Source: Burkholderiales bacterium (GTDB lineage: Bacteria > Pseudomonadota > Gammaproteobacteria > Burkholderiales > Burkholderiaceae_F). From it: a DNA stretch of 64,000 nt. The translations under genes and the position numbers were made by a program. Positions 18,853 through 29,396 of the stretch are shown piece after piece. The stretch's first letter is position 1; every line of letters starts with the position of its first letter. The DNA is taken from the NCBI GenBank assembly GCA_037442465.1, contig JBBIQI010000001.1, positions 5,498-69,497 of the forward strand, given 5' to 3'. The notes under the pieces were generated by a model, which saw nothing but the letters and a program-made list of their open reading frames with translations, did not search any database and was not told the origin of the DNA.

Positions 18853-19332
18853 CTACCTGTTCTGCGAGGCCTTCGGCTGCCGGTCGGGCGCGGGTTTCTT
18901 CTGTGCCTGTTCGTTTAACGCCTTTTTCTTGTCGGGGGGAAGGGCCTTGTACTGCTCGACCAGCGCTTCGCGCCGTTCGGCGGGCAGTTCGTACGCGCGC
19001 TGGAAGTTCTCGCGCGTCGTCCGGCGCTGCTCCGGCGTGAGCTTGATGAACTCGGCCATGCGCGCGTGCATCCGTTGCTTGCCTTCAGGGGAGAGCTGGT
19101 GGTACTTCGGCGCGACTTCGAGCCACTTGCGCTTGCGGTCACGCTCGAGCTTGTTCCACTCGGGTGCGAGCGGGGCGAGCGCCTCGCGCTGAGCGGGCGT
19201 CAGTTCGTTCCAGGTCGGGCCTGACGCGGCCGCCGCCGGTGGCTTGCGCGCCGCGGACGGCTGCTGGGCGACCGTCGGCGCCGCGACAACCGCCGCGGCC
19301 AACATGGCGAGAACAACGAGCGCGCGCATCAT
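18853..19332 (-). CDS. DUF3106-like exported protein
   Basis: Signal peptide then repeated W/F/Y-x-x-L-[ST]-P-E helical units (WNELTPAQ, YHQLSPEG, FIKLTPEQ, YKALPPDK). Confidence 0.75.
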   Translation of the reverse strand: MMRALVVLAMLAAAVVAAPTVAQQPSAARKPPAAAASGPTWNELTPAQREALAPLAPEWNKLERDRKRKWLEVAPKYHQLSPEGKQRMHARMAEFIKLTPEQRRTTRENFQRAYELPAERREALVEQYKALPPDKKKALNEQAQKKPAPDRQPKASQNR

Positions 19333-19344
19333 CGGACCGCGCGC

Positions 19345-19764
19345 TTACAGCTGTTGCCGCTCGTTTCTCAGCAGGACGGTGAAGCCCTGGTCCGCATACG
19401 CCTCCAGCGGCGTCTCGTCCAGCAGCACCGCGAAGTCGAGGTCGGCCAGCTCCGCGATCACCAGCCCCCGCTGCCACTGATAGATACCGACGAACCCGAT
19501 CACGAGCGCCAGCAGCGGAGCCACCAGGCCCATCCGGTACAGCCAGACCCGGAAGCCGCCGGACCGCTCGCCGTCGGCGGGAGCGGCGCCGGCGACGGCC
19601 ACCTGCAGCGCTGGTACCCAAACGGCGGCTTCCTGCGCTCGCTTCTGATGCTGGAGTGCAGTTTTGCGCGCCTGTTCGAGGCGATAGAGGGTCTTGTAGT
19701 CGAGCCGCTCGGTCCCTTCGTTCAGGGCCTGGCGGACGCGATATCCGAATTCGACTTCATTCAT
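19345..19764 (-). CDS. DUF3619-like protein, probable anti-sigma factor
   Basis: Start MNEVEFGYRV at 19764 overlaps the sigma stop; RLEQARKTAL, one TM segment, C-terminal D..LL.D.LP..AY.D.GF-like motif. Confidence 0.75.
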   Translation of the reverse strand: MNEVEFGYRVRQALNEGTERLDYKTLYRLEQARKTALQHQKRAQEAAVWVPALQVAVAGAAPADGERSGGFRVWLYRMGLVAPLLALVIGFVGIYQWQRGLVIAELADLDFAVLLDETPLEAYADQGFTVLLRNERQQL

Positions 19765-20324
19765 AGCGTGATTCCCCGTGCCCGCAATGCGCGCGCCAGG
19801 GCGTGCGTGGCGCGCGAACAATGGGTCTTGACACTGCCTTCCGAGCATCCCATCGCCGCCGCCGTTTCGGCAACGTCAAGTTCTTCCCAGTAACGTAACA
19901 GGAAAGCCTCGCGTTGACGCGCCGGAAGGCGGGCGATCTCTTCCTCAATTGCAGCGATGACCTGGGCTCTCTCGACCTTATCGGCAGCGTTTTCGGCTTG
20001 TTCAGTGCCCTCCAGCGCCTCCAGGGTATCCAGCGGATCCGAATCCTCGTCGTCCCCGGAGCCGAGAGCGGAAAACAGGGTCACCCAGGTAGAGCGGACC
20101 TTCTGGCGGCGAAAGAAGTCGTGGATCGCGTTCTGCAGGATGCGGGTAAACAGCAACGGCAGTTCAGCCGCCGGGCGGTCGCCATAGTGCTCCGCCAGCT
20201 TGATCATCGCGTCCTGCACGATGTCGAGAGCGTTTTCCTCGTTGCGCACGGCAAACTGCGCCTGCTTGAAGGCACGCCGCTCGACGCCTGCCAGGAAATC
20301 CGAGAGTTCTTCGCGAGTCGCCAT
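19761..20324 (-). CDS. ECF (sigma-70 family) RNA polymerase sigma factor
   Basis: Region 2 ALDIVQDAMIKL and region 4 LPARQREAFLLRYWEELDVAETAAAMGCSEGSVKTHCSRA. Confidence 0.92.
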   Translation of the reverse strand: MATREELSDFLAGVERRAFKQAQFAVRNEENALDIVQDAMIKLAEHYGDRPAAELPLLFTRILQNAIHDFFRRQKVRSTWVTLFSALGSGDDEDSDPLDTLEALEGTEQAENAADKVERAQVIAAIEEEIARLPARQREAFLLRYWEELDVAETAAAMGCSEGSVKTHCSRATHALARALRARGITL

Positions 20325-20545
20325 CAAAATGGGCCCGCGTCGACGCGAAGAAGACGCTCGGCATGCGGCCCGAAACCGGCGCGAATCCTAACAGAGCACC
20401 TGCGTGCGGCGGCGGGGCGCAACGCGACCGTCGTCGCCGTGCGCCGCAGGCAACTGCGCCCGGCCTGCCGCCCGTCAGCGCGGGGATGACGCGGCAATTC
20501 CCGTCCGCTGCGCCGGCGGGCCCTGCAGCCCGATGGCCGCGTCAT

Positions 20546-20574
20546 TTGCGCTCGCTGATGCGCTGCAGTATCGT
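20546..20574 (+). promoter_or_regulatory. Candidate sigma70 promoter for the ilv operon
   Basis: TTGCGC (20546-51), 17-bp spacer, TATCGT (20569-74). Confidence 0.45.
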
Positions 20575-20728
20575 GCCGGCTTCTTGCAAAACAAGAGACA
20601 CTTAGCTCGGAGCAGCCGACCCAGTTGCATTCCTCACAGCTAAACGCGCTCGCCGCACCGCCCGCCACGAGCGGGTATGGAACGGCATCCGATCAATCTC
20701 CAGAAGGACCTTGAGAGGACCCGCAATC

Positions 20729-22516
20729 ATGCAGACCCTCAGCGCGGAAACGACACGAGCGGGTACCGCACCCGCACAAATGAAACGGGCGGAAGCGAAG
20801 TCCGCCGAACTCACAGGCGCCGAGATCGTCGTTCGGTGCTTGCAGGAAGAAGGCGTCGAACACGTCTTCGGCTACCCCGGCGGGGCCGTCCTGTACATCT
20901 ACGACGAAATCTTCAAGCAGGACAGCTTCCAGCACATCCTCGTGCGGCACGAGCAGGCGGCCGTGCACGCCGCCGACGCGTATTCGCGCTCCAGCCGCAA
21001 GGTCGGCGTGGCGCTGGTGACCAGCGGTCCGGGTGTGACCAATGCTGTCACCGGCATCGCGACCGCTTACATGGACTCGATTCCGCTGGTGATCCTCACC
21101 GGCCAGGTGCCGACGCACGCGATCGGGCAGGACGCGTTCCAGGAGTGCGACACGGTCGGCATCACGCGGCCCTGCGTCAAGCACAACATCCTGGTCAAGG
21201 ACGTGCGCGACCTGGCGCCGGCGATCCGCAAGGCCTTCTACATTGCACAGACGGGCCGGCCCGGCCCGGTGCTGGTCGACATTCCGAAGGACGTGACGAT
21301 CGCGCGCTGCGAGTTCAGTTATCCGAAGAACCTGTCGATGCGCTCGTACAACCCGGTGGTCAAGGGCCACCAGGGGCAGATCAAGAAGGCCGTGCAGCTT
21401 CTGCTTGCGGCCGAGCGGCCGATGATCTACACGGGCGGCGGCGTGATCCTGTCGGACTCGTCCGAACTGCTGAACAAACTGGTCAACCTGCTCGGCTTTC
21501 CGTGCACCAACACGCTGATGGGTCTGGGCGGATTCCGTGCGAGCGATCCGAAGTTCGTCGGCATGCCGGGCATGCACGGGACCTACGAGGCCAACATGGC
21601 GATGCAGCACTGCGACGTGCTGCTCGCCGTCGGCGCGCGCTTCGACGATCGCGTGATCGGCAACCCGAAGCACTTCGCGCAGAACCCGCGCAAGATCATC
21701 CACGTCGATGTCGATCCGTCGTCGATCTCCAAGCGCGTCAAGGTCGACGTGCCGATCGTCGGCGACGTGCGCGAGGTACTGACCGACCTGCTCGCGCTGA
21801 TCGAAGCCGCGGGCGGCAAGCCCAACGCACCGGCGCTGCAGAGCTGGTGGGCGCAGATCGAGCAGTGGCGCAAGCGCGACTGTCTGAAGTACGAGAACAC
21901 CGACAGGGTGATCAAGCCGCAGTATGTCGTCGAGACGCTGTGGAAGGTGACCAAGGGCGATGCGTTCGTCACGTCCGACGTCGGCCAGCATCAGATGTGG
22001 GCCGCGCAGTACTACAAGTTCGACAAGCCGCGCCGCTGGATCAACTCCGGCGGGCTGGGCACGATGGGTGTCGGGCTGCCGTACGCGATGGGCGTGCAGA
22101 TGGCCAATCCCGGCGCCCAGGTCGCGGTGATCACCGGCGAAGCGTCGATCCAGATGTGCATCCAGGAGCTGTCGACCTGCAAGCAGTACGACCTGACGCC
22201 GAAGATCGTAAATCTGAACAACCGGTATCTGGGTATGGTGCGGCAATGGCAGCAGATCGACTACGGCAGCCGTTATTCGCACTCGTACATGGACGCGCTG
22301 CCGGACTTCGTCAAGCTGGCCGAGGCGTATGGCCACATCGGTATGCGCATCGACAAGCCGGCCGACGTCGAACCCGCACTGCGCGAGGCTTTCGGCAAGT
22401 ACAAGGATCGGCTCGTGTTCCTCGACTTCGTCACCGACCAGACCGAAAACGTCTGGCCGATGGTCAAGGCCGGCAAGGGTCTGACCGAGATGCTGCTGGG
22501 GAGTGAAGATCTATGA
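20729..22516 (+). CDS. ilvB: Acetolactate synthase large subunit
   Basis: FGYPGGAVL, RHEQAAVHAADAY, TSGPGVTN, SDVGQHQMW, SGGLGTMG; RBS GAGAGGA before ATG 20729. Confidence 0.96.
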   Translation: MQTLSAETTRAGTAPAQMKRAEAKSAELTGAEIVVRCLQEEGVEHVFGYPGGAVLYIYDEIFKQDSFQHILVRHEQAAVHAADAYSRSSRKVGVALVTSGPGVTNAVTGIATAYMDSIPLVILTGQVPTHAIGQDAFQECDTVGITRPCVKHNILVKDVRDLAPAIRKAFYIAQTGRPGPVLVDIPKDVTIARCEFSYPKNLSMRSYNPVVKGHQGQIKKAVQLLLAAERPMIYTGGGVILSDSSELLNKLVNLLGFPCTNTLMGLGGFRASDPKFVGMPGMHGTYEANMAMQHCDVLLAVGARFDDRVIGNPKHFAQNPRKIIHVDVDPSSISKRVKVDVPIVGDVREVLTDLLALIEAAGGKPNAPALQSWWAQIEQWRKRDCLKYENTDRVIKPQYVVETLWKVTKGDAFVTSDVGQHQMWAAQYYKFDKPRRWINSGGLGTMGVGLPYAMGVQMANPGAQVAVITGEASIQMCIQELSTCKQYDLTPKIVNLNNRYLGMVRQWQQIDYGSRYSHSYMDALPDFVKLAEAYGHIGMRIDKPADVEPALREAFGKYKDRLVFLDFVTDQTENVWPMVKAGKGLTEMLLGSEDL

Positions 22517-23004
22517 GGCACATCATCTCGGTGCTGCTGGAAAATGAGCCCGGCGCGCTGTCGCGCGTGGTCGGCTTGTTCTCCGCGCGCGGCTACAACA
22601 TCGAGACGCTGACGGTGGCGCCGACCGAGGATCCGTCGCTGTCGCGGATGACGATCGTTTCAGTGGGCTCGGACGACGTGATCGAGCAGATCACCAAGCA
22701 CCTGAACCGGCTGATCGAGGTCGTCAAGGTGGTCGATCTGACCGAGGCCGATTACACCGAGCGCGAGCTGATGCTGATCAAGGTGCGCGCGGTCGGCAAG
22801 GAACGCGAGGAGATGAAGCGGATGGCGGACATCTTCCGCGGCCGCATCATCGACGTCACGGACCGAACGTACACGATCGAGCTGACCGGCAACACCGGAA
22901 AGCTCGACGCATTCATCCGCGCGGTCGACCGCGCCGCGATCCTGGAGACGGTGCGCACTGGCAGCTCGGGCATCGGTCGCGGGGAGCGCATCCTGCGCGT
23001 CTGA
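22513..23004 (+). CDS. ilvN: Acetolactate synthase small (regulatory) subunit
   Basis: MRHIISVLLENEPGALSRVVGLFSARGYNIETL ACT domain; ATGA overlap with ilvB. Confidence 0.96.
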   Translation: MRHIISVLLENEPGALSRVVGLFSARGYNIETLTVAPTEDPSLSRMTIVSVGSDDVIEQITKHLNRLIEVVKVVDLTEADYTERELMLIKVRAVGKEREEMKRMADIFRGRIIDVTDRTYTIELTGNTGKLDAFIRAVDRAAILETVRTGSSGIGRGERILRV

Positions 23005-23072
23005 CGGCGCGCAGGATGCGCTTCGCACCGATCAGAAACGAGGTGATCGGCTGGCCGTCTCGTGCCCCCTAG

Positions 23073-24128
<1,056 letters not shown>

Positions 24129-24193
24129 GGCGGGGCAACCCCGCAGGCGCGCGCGCTGCGTTTCAGTCGACTGCACGCACCACGGAGGGCACG

Positions 24194-24925
24194 ATGCCGA
24201 CCCGATTCCTTCGCGCCGCCGCGCTCTGCGGCGCGCTGATCGTCGCCGCGCCGGTGCCGGCGCAGACGTCGGCCGCGCCGGCACGCTTCGAGGGCACGCT
24301 CGTCACGATCTCGGCCGCGGCCGAGGTCGAGGCGACCAACGACGAGGCGCTCGCATCCTTCTACCTCGAGGTGCAGGACGCCGATCTCGCGCGCGCGCAA
24401 TCGCAGCTCAACCAGCGCGTCGCCGAAGGCGTGGCGGCGCTGAAGCGCGCCGATCCGAAGGCGCAAGTCGAAACGGCCGGTTACGGCAGCTACCCGATCT
24501 ACGCCGCGGGCGGCGGCCGCAAGATCGTCGGCTGGCGCGTGCGGCAAGGTGTGAACCTGCGCACGACCGAGCTGGCCGCGCTGCCGAAGACGGTGGCCGC
24601 GGGGCAACAGCAACTCGCGCTCGGCGCAATCGGCTTTCGCCTGTCGCGTGCCGCGCGCGATTGGCTCGATGCCGAACTGATCCAGCGCGCGTACGCGAAC
24701 CTGAGCGTGCGCATCGCCGCGGCCGCGCAGGCGATGGGCGTGCCGCCGGCGCGCGTGCGCATCGAGGAGGTCAACTTCGGCGCGCGCGGCGACGGGCCGC
24801 CGATCGCACCGATGGCGCGCGCGCTGGCGATGAACGCCGAGTCGGTGACCGAGCCGAGTCTCGACGTCGGCCAGTCGACGCAGCGGCTCGACGTCACCGC
24901 GAAGGTGCGTTTCATGCAACCCTGA
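24194..24925 (+). CDS. SIMPL/DUF541 domain periplasmic protein
   Basis: Signal peptide [23 protein letters not shown]; ISAAAEVE...ND, GWRVRQ, F.LS...R, final LDVTAKVRF strand. Confidence 0.75.
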   Translation: MPTRFLRAAALCGALIVAAPVPAQTSAAPARFEGTLVTISAAAEVEATNDEALASFYLEVQDADLARAQSQLNQRVAEGVAALKRADPKAQVETAGYGSYPIYAAGGGRKIVGWRVRQGVNLRTTELAALPKTVAAGQQQLALGAIGFRLSRAARDWLDAELIQRAYANLSVRIAAAAQAMGVPPARVRIEEVNFGARGDGPPIAPMARALAMNAESVTEPSLDVGQSTQRLDVTAKVRFMQP

Positions 24926-24974
24926 GCGGCACCATCCGATACCATACGGCCTTCGATTCTTCGAGGGCCGTACG

Positions 24975-25616
24975 GTGGCCGAGTATCCGCATCCGCTGAT
25001 CGCGCGCGAAGGCTGGCCCTTCGTCGCGGGCTCGCTCGCCGCTGCGCTGCTCGTCTGGTGGGGGGGCGGGCTCGCGTGGTCGGCGCCGCTGTGGCTGGTC
25101 GCGATCTTCGTCGTCCAGTTCTTTCGCGATCCGCCGCGCGCGGTGCCGGCGCAAGCCAACGCCGTGCTTGCACCGGCCGACGGCCGCATCGTCAAGGTCG
25201 AGAACGCGCGCGATCCGTATACCGCGCGTGACGCGTTGCTGATCAGCGTATTCATGAACGTGTTCAACGTGCACAGCAACCGCTCGCCCGTCGATGCCAC
25301 CGCCGAGCGCGTCGAGTACTCTGCCGGCAGGTTCATCAACGCAGATCTGGACAAGGCCTCGACCGAAAACGAGCGCAACGCGATGGTGCTGCAGCTCGAC
25401 TCGGGCGAGCGCATCACGGTCGTTCAAGTGGCGGGGCTGATCGCGCGGCGCATCCTGTGTTACGTGAAGGCGGGTGACCGGCTCGCGCGCGGCCAGCGCT
25501 ACGGCTTCATCCGCTTCGGCTCGCGCGTCGACGTCTACCTGCCGCGCAGCGCGCGGCCGCGCGTGGCCGTCGGCGACAAGGTGTACGCGACGACGACGAT
25601 CCTCGCGGAGCTGTGA
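24975..25616 (+). CDS. psd: Phosphatidylserine decarboxylase proenzyme
   Basis: [39 protein letters not shown] self-cleavage site; GTG start. Confidence 0.93.
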   Translation: MAEYPHPLIAREGWPFVAGSLAAALLVWWGGGLAWSAPLWLVAIFVVQFFRDPPRAVPAQANAVLAPADGRIVKVENARDPYTARDALLISVFMNVFNVHSNRSPVDATAERVEYSAGRFINADLDKASTENERNAMVLQLDSGERITVVQVAGLIARRILCYVKAGDRLARGQRYGFIRFGSRVDVYLPRSARPRVAVGDKVYATTTILAEL

Positions 25617-26470
25617 CCCGCATGCGCTTCCGCCGCCGCAAACCGCGTCCGTTCGGAGTGCCGTCGGCGGCGCCGCTGAGCGAGGCGCCGCCACCGCTGA
25701 AGTTTCGCCGGCGCGGCATCTACCTGCTGCCCAACCTGTTCACGACGGCCGCGCTGTTCGCCGGCTTCTTCGCGATCGTCCAGGCGATGAACCAGCGGTT
25801 CGAGCTGGCGGCGATCGCAATCTTCGCGGCGATGGTGCTCGACGGCATGGACGGCCGGGTGGCGCGTCTGACCAACACGCAGAGCGCGTTCGGCGAGCAG
25901 TACGACTCGCTGTCCGACATGACTTCATTCGGCGTCGCTCCCGCGCTGGTGATGTACGAGTGGATCCTGCACGAGCTGGGACGCTGGGGCTGGATCGCGG
26001 CCTTCGTCTATTGTGCGGGCGCCGCGCTGCGGCTGGCGCGCTTCAACGCCAATCTCGGCGTCGTCGACAAGCGTTACTTCCAGGGCCTGCCGAGCCCGGC
26101 GTCAGCGGCGTTGATCGCCGGCTTCGTGTGGCTCGCGATCGACAACAAGCTGCACATCAAAGACGTGTGGATGCCGTGGGTCGCGTTCGGGCTGACGGTG
26201 TACGCCGGCGTCACGATGGTGTCGAGCGCACCGTTCTACAGCGGCAAGAGCTTCCAGCTTGGACGCAGCGTCCCCTTCTGGGGCATGTTGCTCGTCGTGC
26301 TGGCCTTCGTGTTCGTCTCGACCGATCCGCCGATCGTGCTGTTCTCGCTGTTCTGCGTGTACGCGCTGTCCGGCTACGTCTACTGGGCGTGGCAGTGGTG
26401 GCACGGCCGGCCCAACCCGGCCAAGCCGGTGCCGCGCGCGCCGCTGGAGCCTCCCGCGGGCAGCGAGTGA
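25613..26470 (+). CDS. pssA: CDP-diacylglycerol--serine O-phosphatidyltransferase
   Basis: [18 protein letters not shown]...[13 protein letters not shown]-alcohol motif, FQGLPSP. Confidence 0.93.
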   Translation: MTRMRFRRRKPRPFGVPSAAPLSEAPPPLKFRRRGIYLLPNLFTTAALFAGFFAIVQAMNQRFELAAIAIFAAMVLDGMDGRVARLTNTQSAFGEQYDSLSDMTSFGVAPALVMYEWILHELGRWGWIAAFVYCAGAALRLARFNANLGVVDKRYFQGLPSPASAALIAGFVWLAIDNKLHIKDVWMPWVAFGLTVYAGVTMVSSAPFYSGKSFQLGRSVPFWGMLLVVLAFVFVSTDPPIVLFSLFCVYALSGYVYWAWQWWHGRPNPAKPVPRAPLEPPAGSE

Positions 26471-26483
26471 ACCGAACCCGCGG

Positions 26484-26512
26484 TTGTTCCGACGCCGGTT
26501 TGCGCCTATAGT
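26484..26512 (+). promoter_or_regulatory. Candidate sigma70 promoter for the leuA leader
   Basis: TTGTTC (26484-89), 17-bp spacer, TATAGT (26507-12). Confidence 0.5.
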
Positions 26513-26519
26513 CGCGCCC

Positions 26520-26606
26520 ATGCATCGCGCAAGCCTCACGATGTCCCGCCTGTCGGCAGCCGCTCGCGGCCTGCTGCTTCGACTGCTGCGCCCCGCGCGC
26601 AGCTAA
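26520..26606 (+). CDS. Putative Leu-rich leader peptide of leuA
   Basis: ATG 26520 gives [28 protein letters not shown] (second ATG 26541); CTG CTG CTT CGA CTG CTG cluster; ends 76 bp before leuA. Confidence 0.65.
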   Translation: MHRASLTMSRLSAAARGLLLRLLRPARS

Positions 26607-26682
26607 TCCCTTACCCACAACTCGGCCCTTCAATCCGCCCGCCTGCAAGGCCGGCGGCAAGAAGCACGTATCGGAGATCCCC

Positions 26683-28233
26683 ATGGCAGACCGCCTGATC
26701 ATTTTCGACACCACGCTGCGCGACGGCGAGCAGAGCCCCGGCGCGTCGATGACGAAGGAAGAGAAGCTGCGCATCGCCAAGCAGCTCGAGCGGCTGCGCG
26801 TCGATGTGATCGAGGCCGGTTTCGCGGCGAGCTCCAACGGCGATTTCGACGCCGTGCGCGCGATCGCCAACACCGTGAAGGACTCGACCGTCTGCTCGCT
26901 GGCGCGCGCCAATGACCGCGACATCGCGCGCGCGGCCGAAGCGCTCGCCGGCAGCGACAACAAGCGCATCCACACCTTCATCGCGACCTCGCCGCTGCAC
27001 ATGGAGAAGAAGCTGCGGATGACGCCCGACCAGGTGTACGAGCAAGCGAAGCTGGCGGTGCGCTTCGCGCGCAATTTCACCGACAACGTCGAGTTCTCGC
27101 CCGAGGACGGCTACCGCTCCGAGCCCGACTTCCTCTGCCGCGTGCTGGAGGCGGTCATCGCCGAGGGTGCGACGACGATCAACATTCCCGACACCGTGGG
27201 CTACGCGGTGCCCGAACTGTACGGCGAGTTCATCGCCGACCTGCGCCGGCGCATTCCGAACTCCGACAAGGCGGTCTGGTCGGTCCATTGTCACAACGAT
27301 CTGGGCATGGCGGTGGCCAACTCGCTGGCGGGCGTCAAACTCGGCGGCGCCCGTCAGGTCGAATGCACGATCAACGGGCTCGGCGAGCGCGCCGGCAACT
27401 GCTCGCTCGAGGAGGTCGTGATGGCGGTGAAGACGCGGCGCGATTTCTTCGGGCTGGAGGTCGGCATCGACACGACGCAGATCGTCCCGGCTTCGAAGCT
27501 CGTGTCGGCGATCACCGGTTTCCCGGTGCAGCCGAACAAGGCGGTGGTCGGCGCCAACGCGTTCGCGCACGCTTCGGGCATCCATCAGGACGGCGTGCTC
27601 AAGGCGCGCGACACCTACGAGATCATGCGCGCCGAGGACGTCGGCTGGTCGGCGAACAAGATCGTGCTGGGTAAGCTGTCGGGACGCAACGCGTTCAAGC
27701 AGCGCGTGCAGGAGCTGGGCATCCCGGTCGAAAGCGAAGCGGAGCTGAACGCCGCCTTCGCGAAGTTCAAGGAGTTGGCCGACCGCAAGGCCGAGATCTT
27801 CGACGAGGACATCCAGGCGCTGTTCTCCGACGAATCGGTCACTCCGCACGACGAGCACTTCAAGCTGATTTCGCTCGCGCAGCGGTCCGAGACCGGCGAG
27901 CGCCCGCATGCGCGCGTCGTGCTCGCGATCGGCGGCGACGAAGTCGTCGCCGAGTCCGACGGCAACGGCCCGGTCGACGCTTCGCTCAAGGCGATCGAAA
28001 GCCGGGTCGGCAGCGGCTCCGAGCTGCTGCTGTATTCGGTCAACGCGATCACGACCGGTACCGAATCGCAGGGCGAGGTGACCGTGCGGCTGGCGCGCGC
28101 CGGACGCATCGTCAACGGCGTGGGCGCCGACCCGGACATCATCGCCGCGTCGGTCAAGGCGTATCTGAACGCGTTGAACAAGCTCTACACGACGACCGAG
28201 AGGCTCAATCCGCAGACTTCGCTGGCGCCCTGA
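26683..28233 (+). CDS. leuA: 2-isopropylmalate synthase
   Basis: [40 protein letters not shown]-terminal regulatory domain GNGPVDA. Confidence 0.97.
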   Translation: MADRLIIFDTTLRDGEQSPGASMTKEEKLRIAKQLERLRVDVIEAGFAASSNGDFDAVRAIANTVKDSTVCSLARANDRDIARAAEALAGSDNKRIHTFIATSPLHMEKKLRMTPDQVYEQAKLAVRFARNFTDNVEFSPEDGYRSEPDFLCRVLEAVIAEGATTINIPDTVGYAVPELYGEFIADLRRRIPNSDKAVWSVHCHNDLGMAVANSLAGVKLGGARQVECTINGLGERAGNCSLEEVVMAVKTRRDFFGLEVGIDTTQIVPASKLVSAITGFPVQPNKAVVGANAFAHASGIHQDGVLKARDTYEIMRAEDVGWSANKIVLGKLSGRNAFKQRVQELGIPVESEAELNAAFAKFKELADRKAEIFDEDIQALFSDESVTPHDEHFKLISLAQRSETGERPHARVVLAIGGDEVVAESDGNGPVDASLKAIESRVGSGSELLLYSVNAITTGTESQGEVTVRLARAGRIVNGVGADPDIIAASVKAYLNALNKLYTTTERLNPQTSLAP

Positions 28234-28238
28234 CGCGT

Positions 28239-29324
28239 TCAGCGCAGGGCGGCGCGGCCGAGCACATCGTCGAGCGCGTACAGCCCCCACGCACCGCCTG
28301 CCGCGCGGCACATGCCGTAGCGGAACGGCGCCGCGTCGCGCCCCGGAAAGACGAAGCGCAGGTCGCGCCACCATACGCAGATCTCGCGGGGACCGTTGTC
28401 GATGCGCTCGACCACCGGAAACATCGCGAACCAGCGGAAAAATGCGAAGTCGGGATGCGCCCAGACGTCGCGCGCGAGCGTTTCATCGGCCGCGTCGCCG
28501 AACATCGGCAGGCGCTCCCAGCGCGCTTGCGCAAGCGGCTGGTAGGGTGCGGAAAAGCGGCGGATGAAATGGTCGTCCGCCGTCGCGACCAGCGGCTCGG
28601 TGCGGCGCGTGTTGACGTGCGCGACGTGATAGCGCGCGCCGTCGAAGACGAACACCGTCCAGTTAAACGGCGAGGCAGGACGCGGCGCCGCGTCGACAAA
28701 ATCGACGCGCAGCCCTGCGCGGGCGGCGTAGTCGCGGGCGAACGCGAGGGCGTCCTGCTTGGCCGAATAGCTCAGCCAGACCCACGCCGGCAGCAGCGCG
28801 AGCGCGACGAACGCCGGCGCGCGCGAGCGGCGCAGAAGAGCCGACGCGGCCAGCCCGGCGAGCAGGATGCCGCTGACCACGAGGTCGATGATGAAGGTCG
28901 CGCCGAGCCCGAAGCGCGCGTCGGACAGCGGCGCGAGCAGCATCGTGCCGAACTGCGTGATCCAGTCGCCGGCAATGTGGATGCCGACCGCGGCCGCGCA
29001 CAGCCACGCGTAGCGCTTCCATGCCGCGCGCCGGCGCACGGCGAGGGCGAACAGTCCGCCCAGGATCAGCGCCCACAGCGGCAACATCACGATCGAATGC
29101 GTGACGCCGCGATGCCCGCGCAGATACGCGAGATCCGAGACGAAGCGCAGGGCGAAGTCAACATCGGGGAAAGCCGCCGCGAAGAAACCGACCGCGACGG
29201 CGTGTCCGACCGGCACCGGCGGACCGAACCAGCGCTCGTTCGCGCGGTCGCGCGGCGCAGAGGCCGAAGGCGTCAGCGCGCGTGCCAGCAACGCGCCGGA
29301 CAGGGCGTGGGTGAGGGTATCCAT
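28239..29324 (-). CDS. Membrane metal-dependent hydrolase (YdjM/DUF457-like)
   Basis: MDTLTHALSG, PDVDF, HRGVTHS, HIAGDWITQFGT motifs. Confidence 0.8.
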   Translation of the reverse strand: MDTLTHALSGALLARALTPSASAPRDRANERWFGPPVPVGHAVAVGFFAAAFPDVDFALRFVSDLAYLRGHRGVTHSIVMLPLWALILGGLFALAVRRRAAWKRYAWLCAAAVGIHIAGDWITQFGTMLLAPLSDARFGLGATFIIDLVVSGILLAGLAASALLRRSRAPAFVALALLPAWVWLSYSAKQDALAFARDYAARAGLRVDFVDAAPRPASPFNWTVFVFDGARYHVAHVNTRRTEPLVATADDHFIRRFSAPYQPLAQARWERLPMFGDAADETLARDVWAHPDFAFFRWFAMFPVVERIDNGPREICVWWRDLRFVFPGRDAAPFRYGMCRAAGGAWGLYALDDVLGRAALR

Positions 29325-29396
29325 CGACTCGATTCTCGCCGGGGGGCCTCACTACAATGCGCGCCCTCGTGGCAGTCAATCGGGTCTTAAGGGCAG

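Noticed and set aside
20404-20643. Classical ilv attenuator peptide (small ORFs 20363..20605 and 20404..20643)
   Set aside because: Neither is enriched in Ile/Leu/Val codons, and no U-tailed terminator precedes ilvB.
29325-29396. LexA box upstream of the YdjM-like hydrolase
   Set aside because: No CTGT-N8-ACAG motif is visible in the gap.
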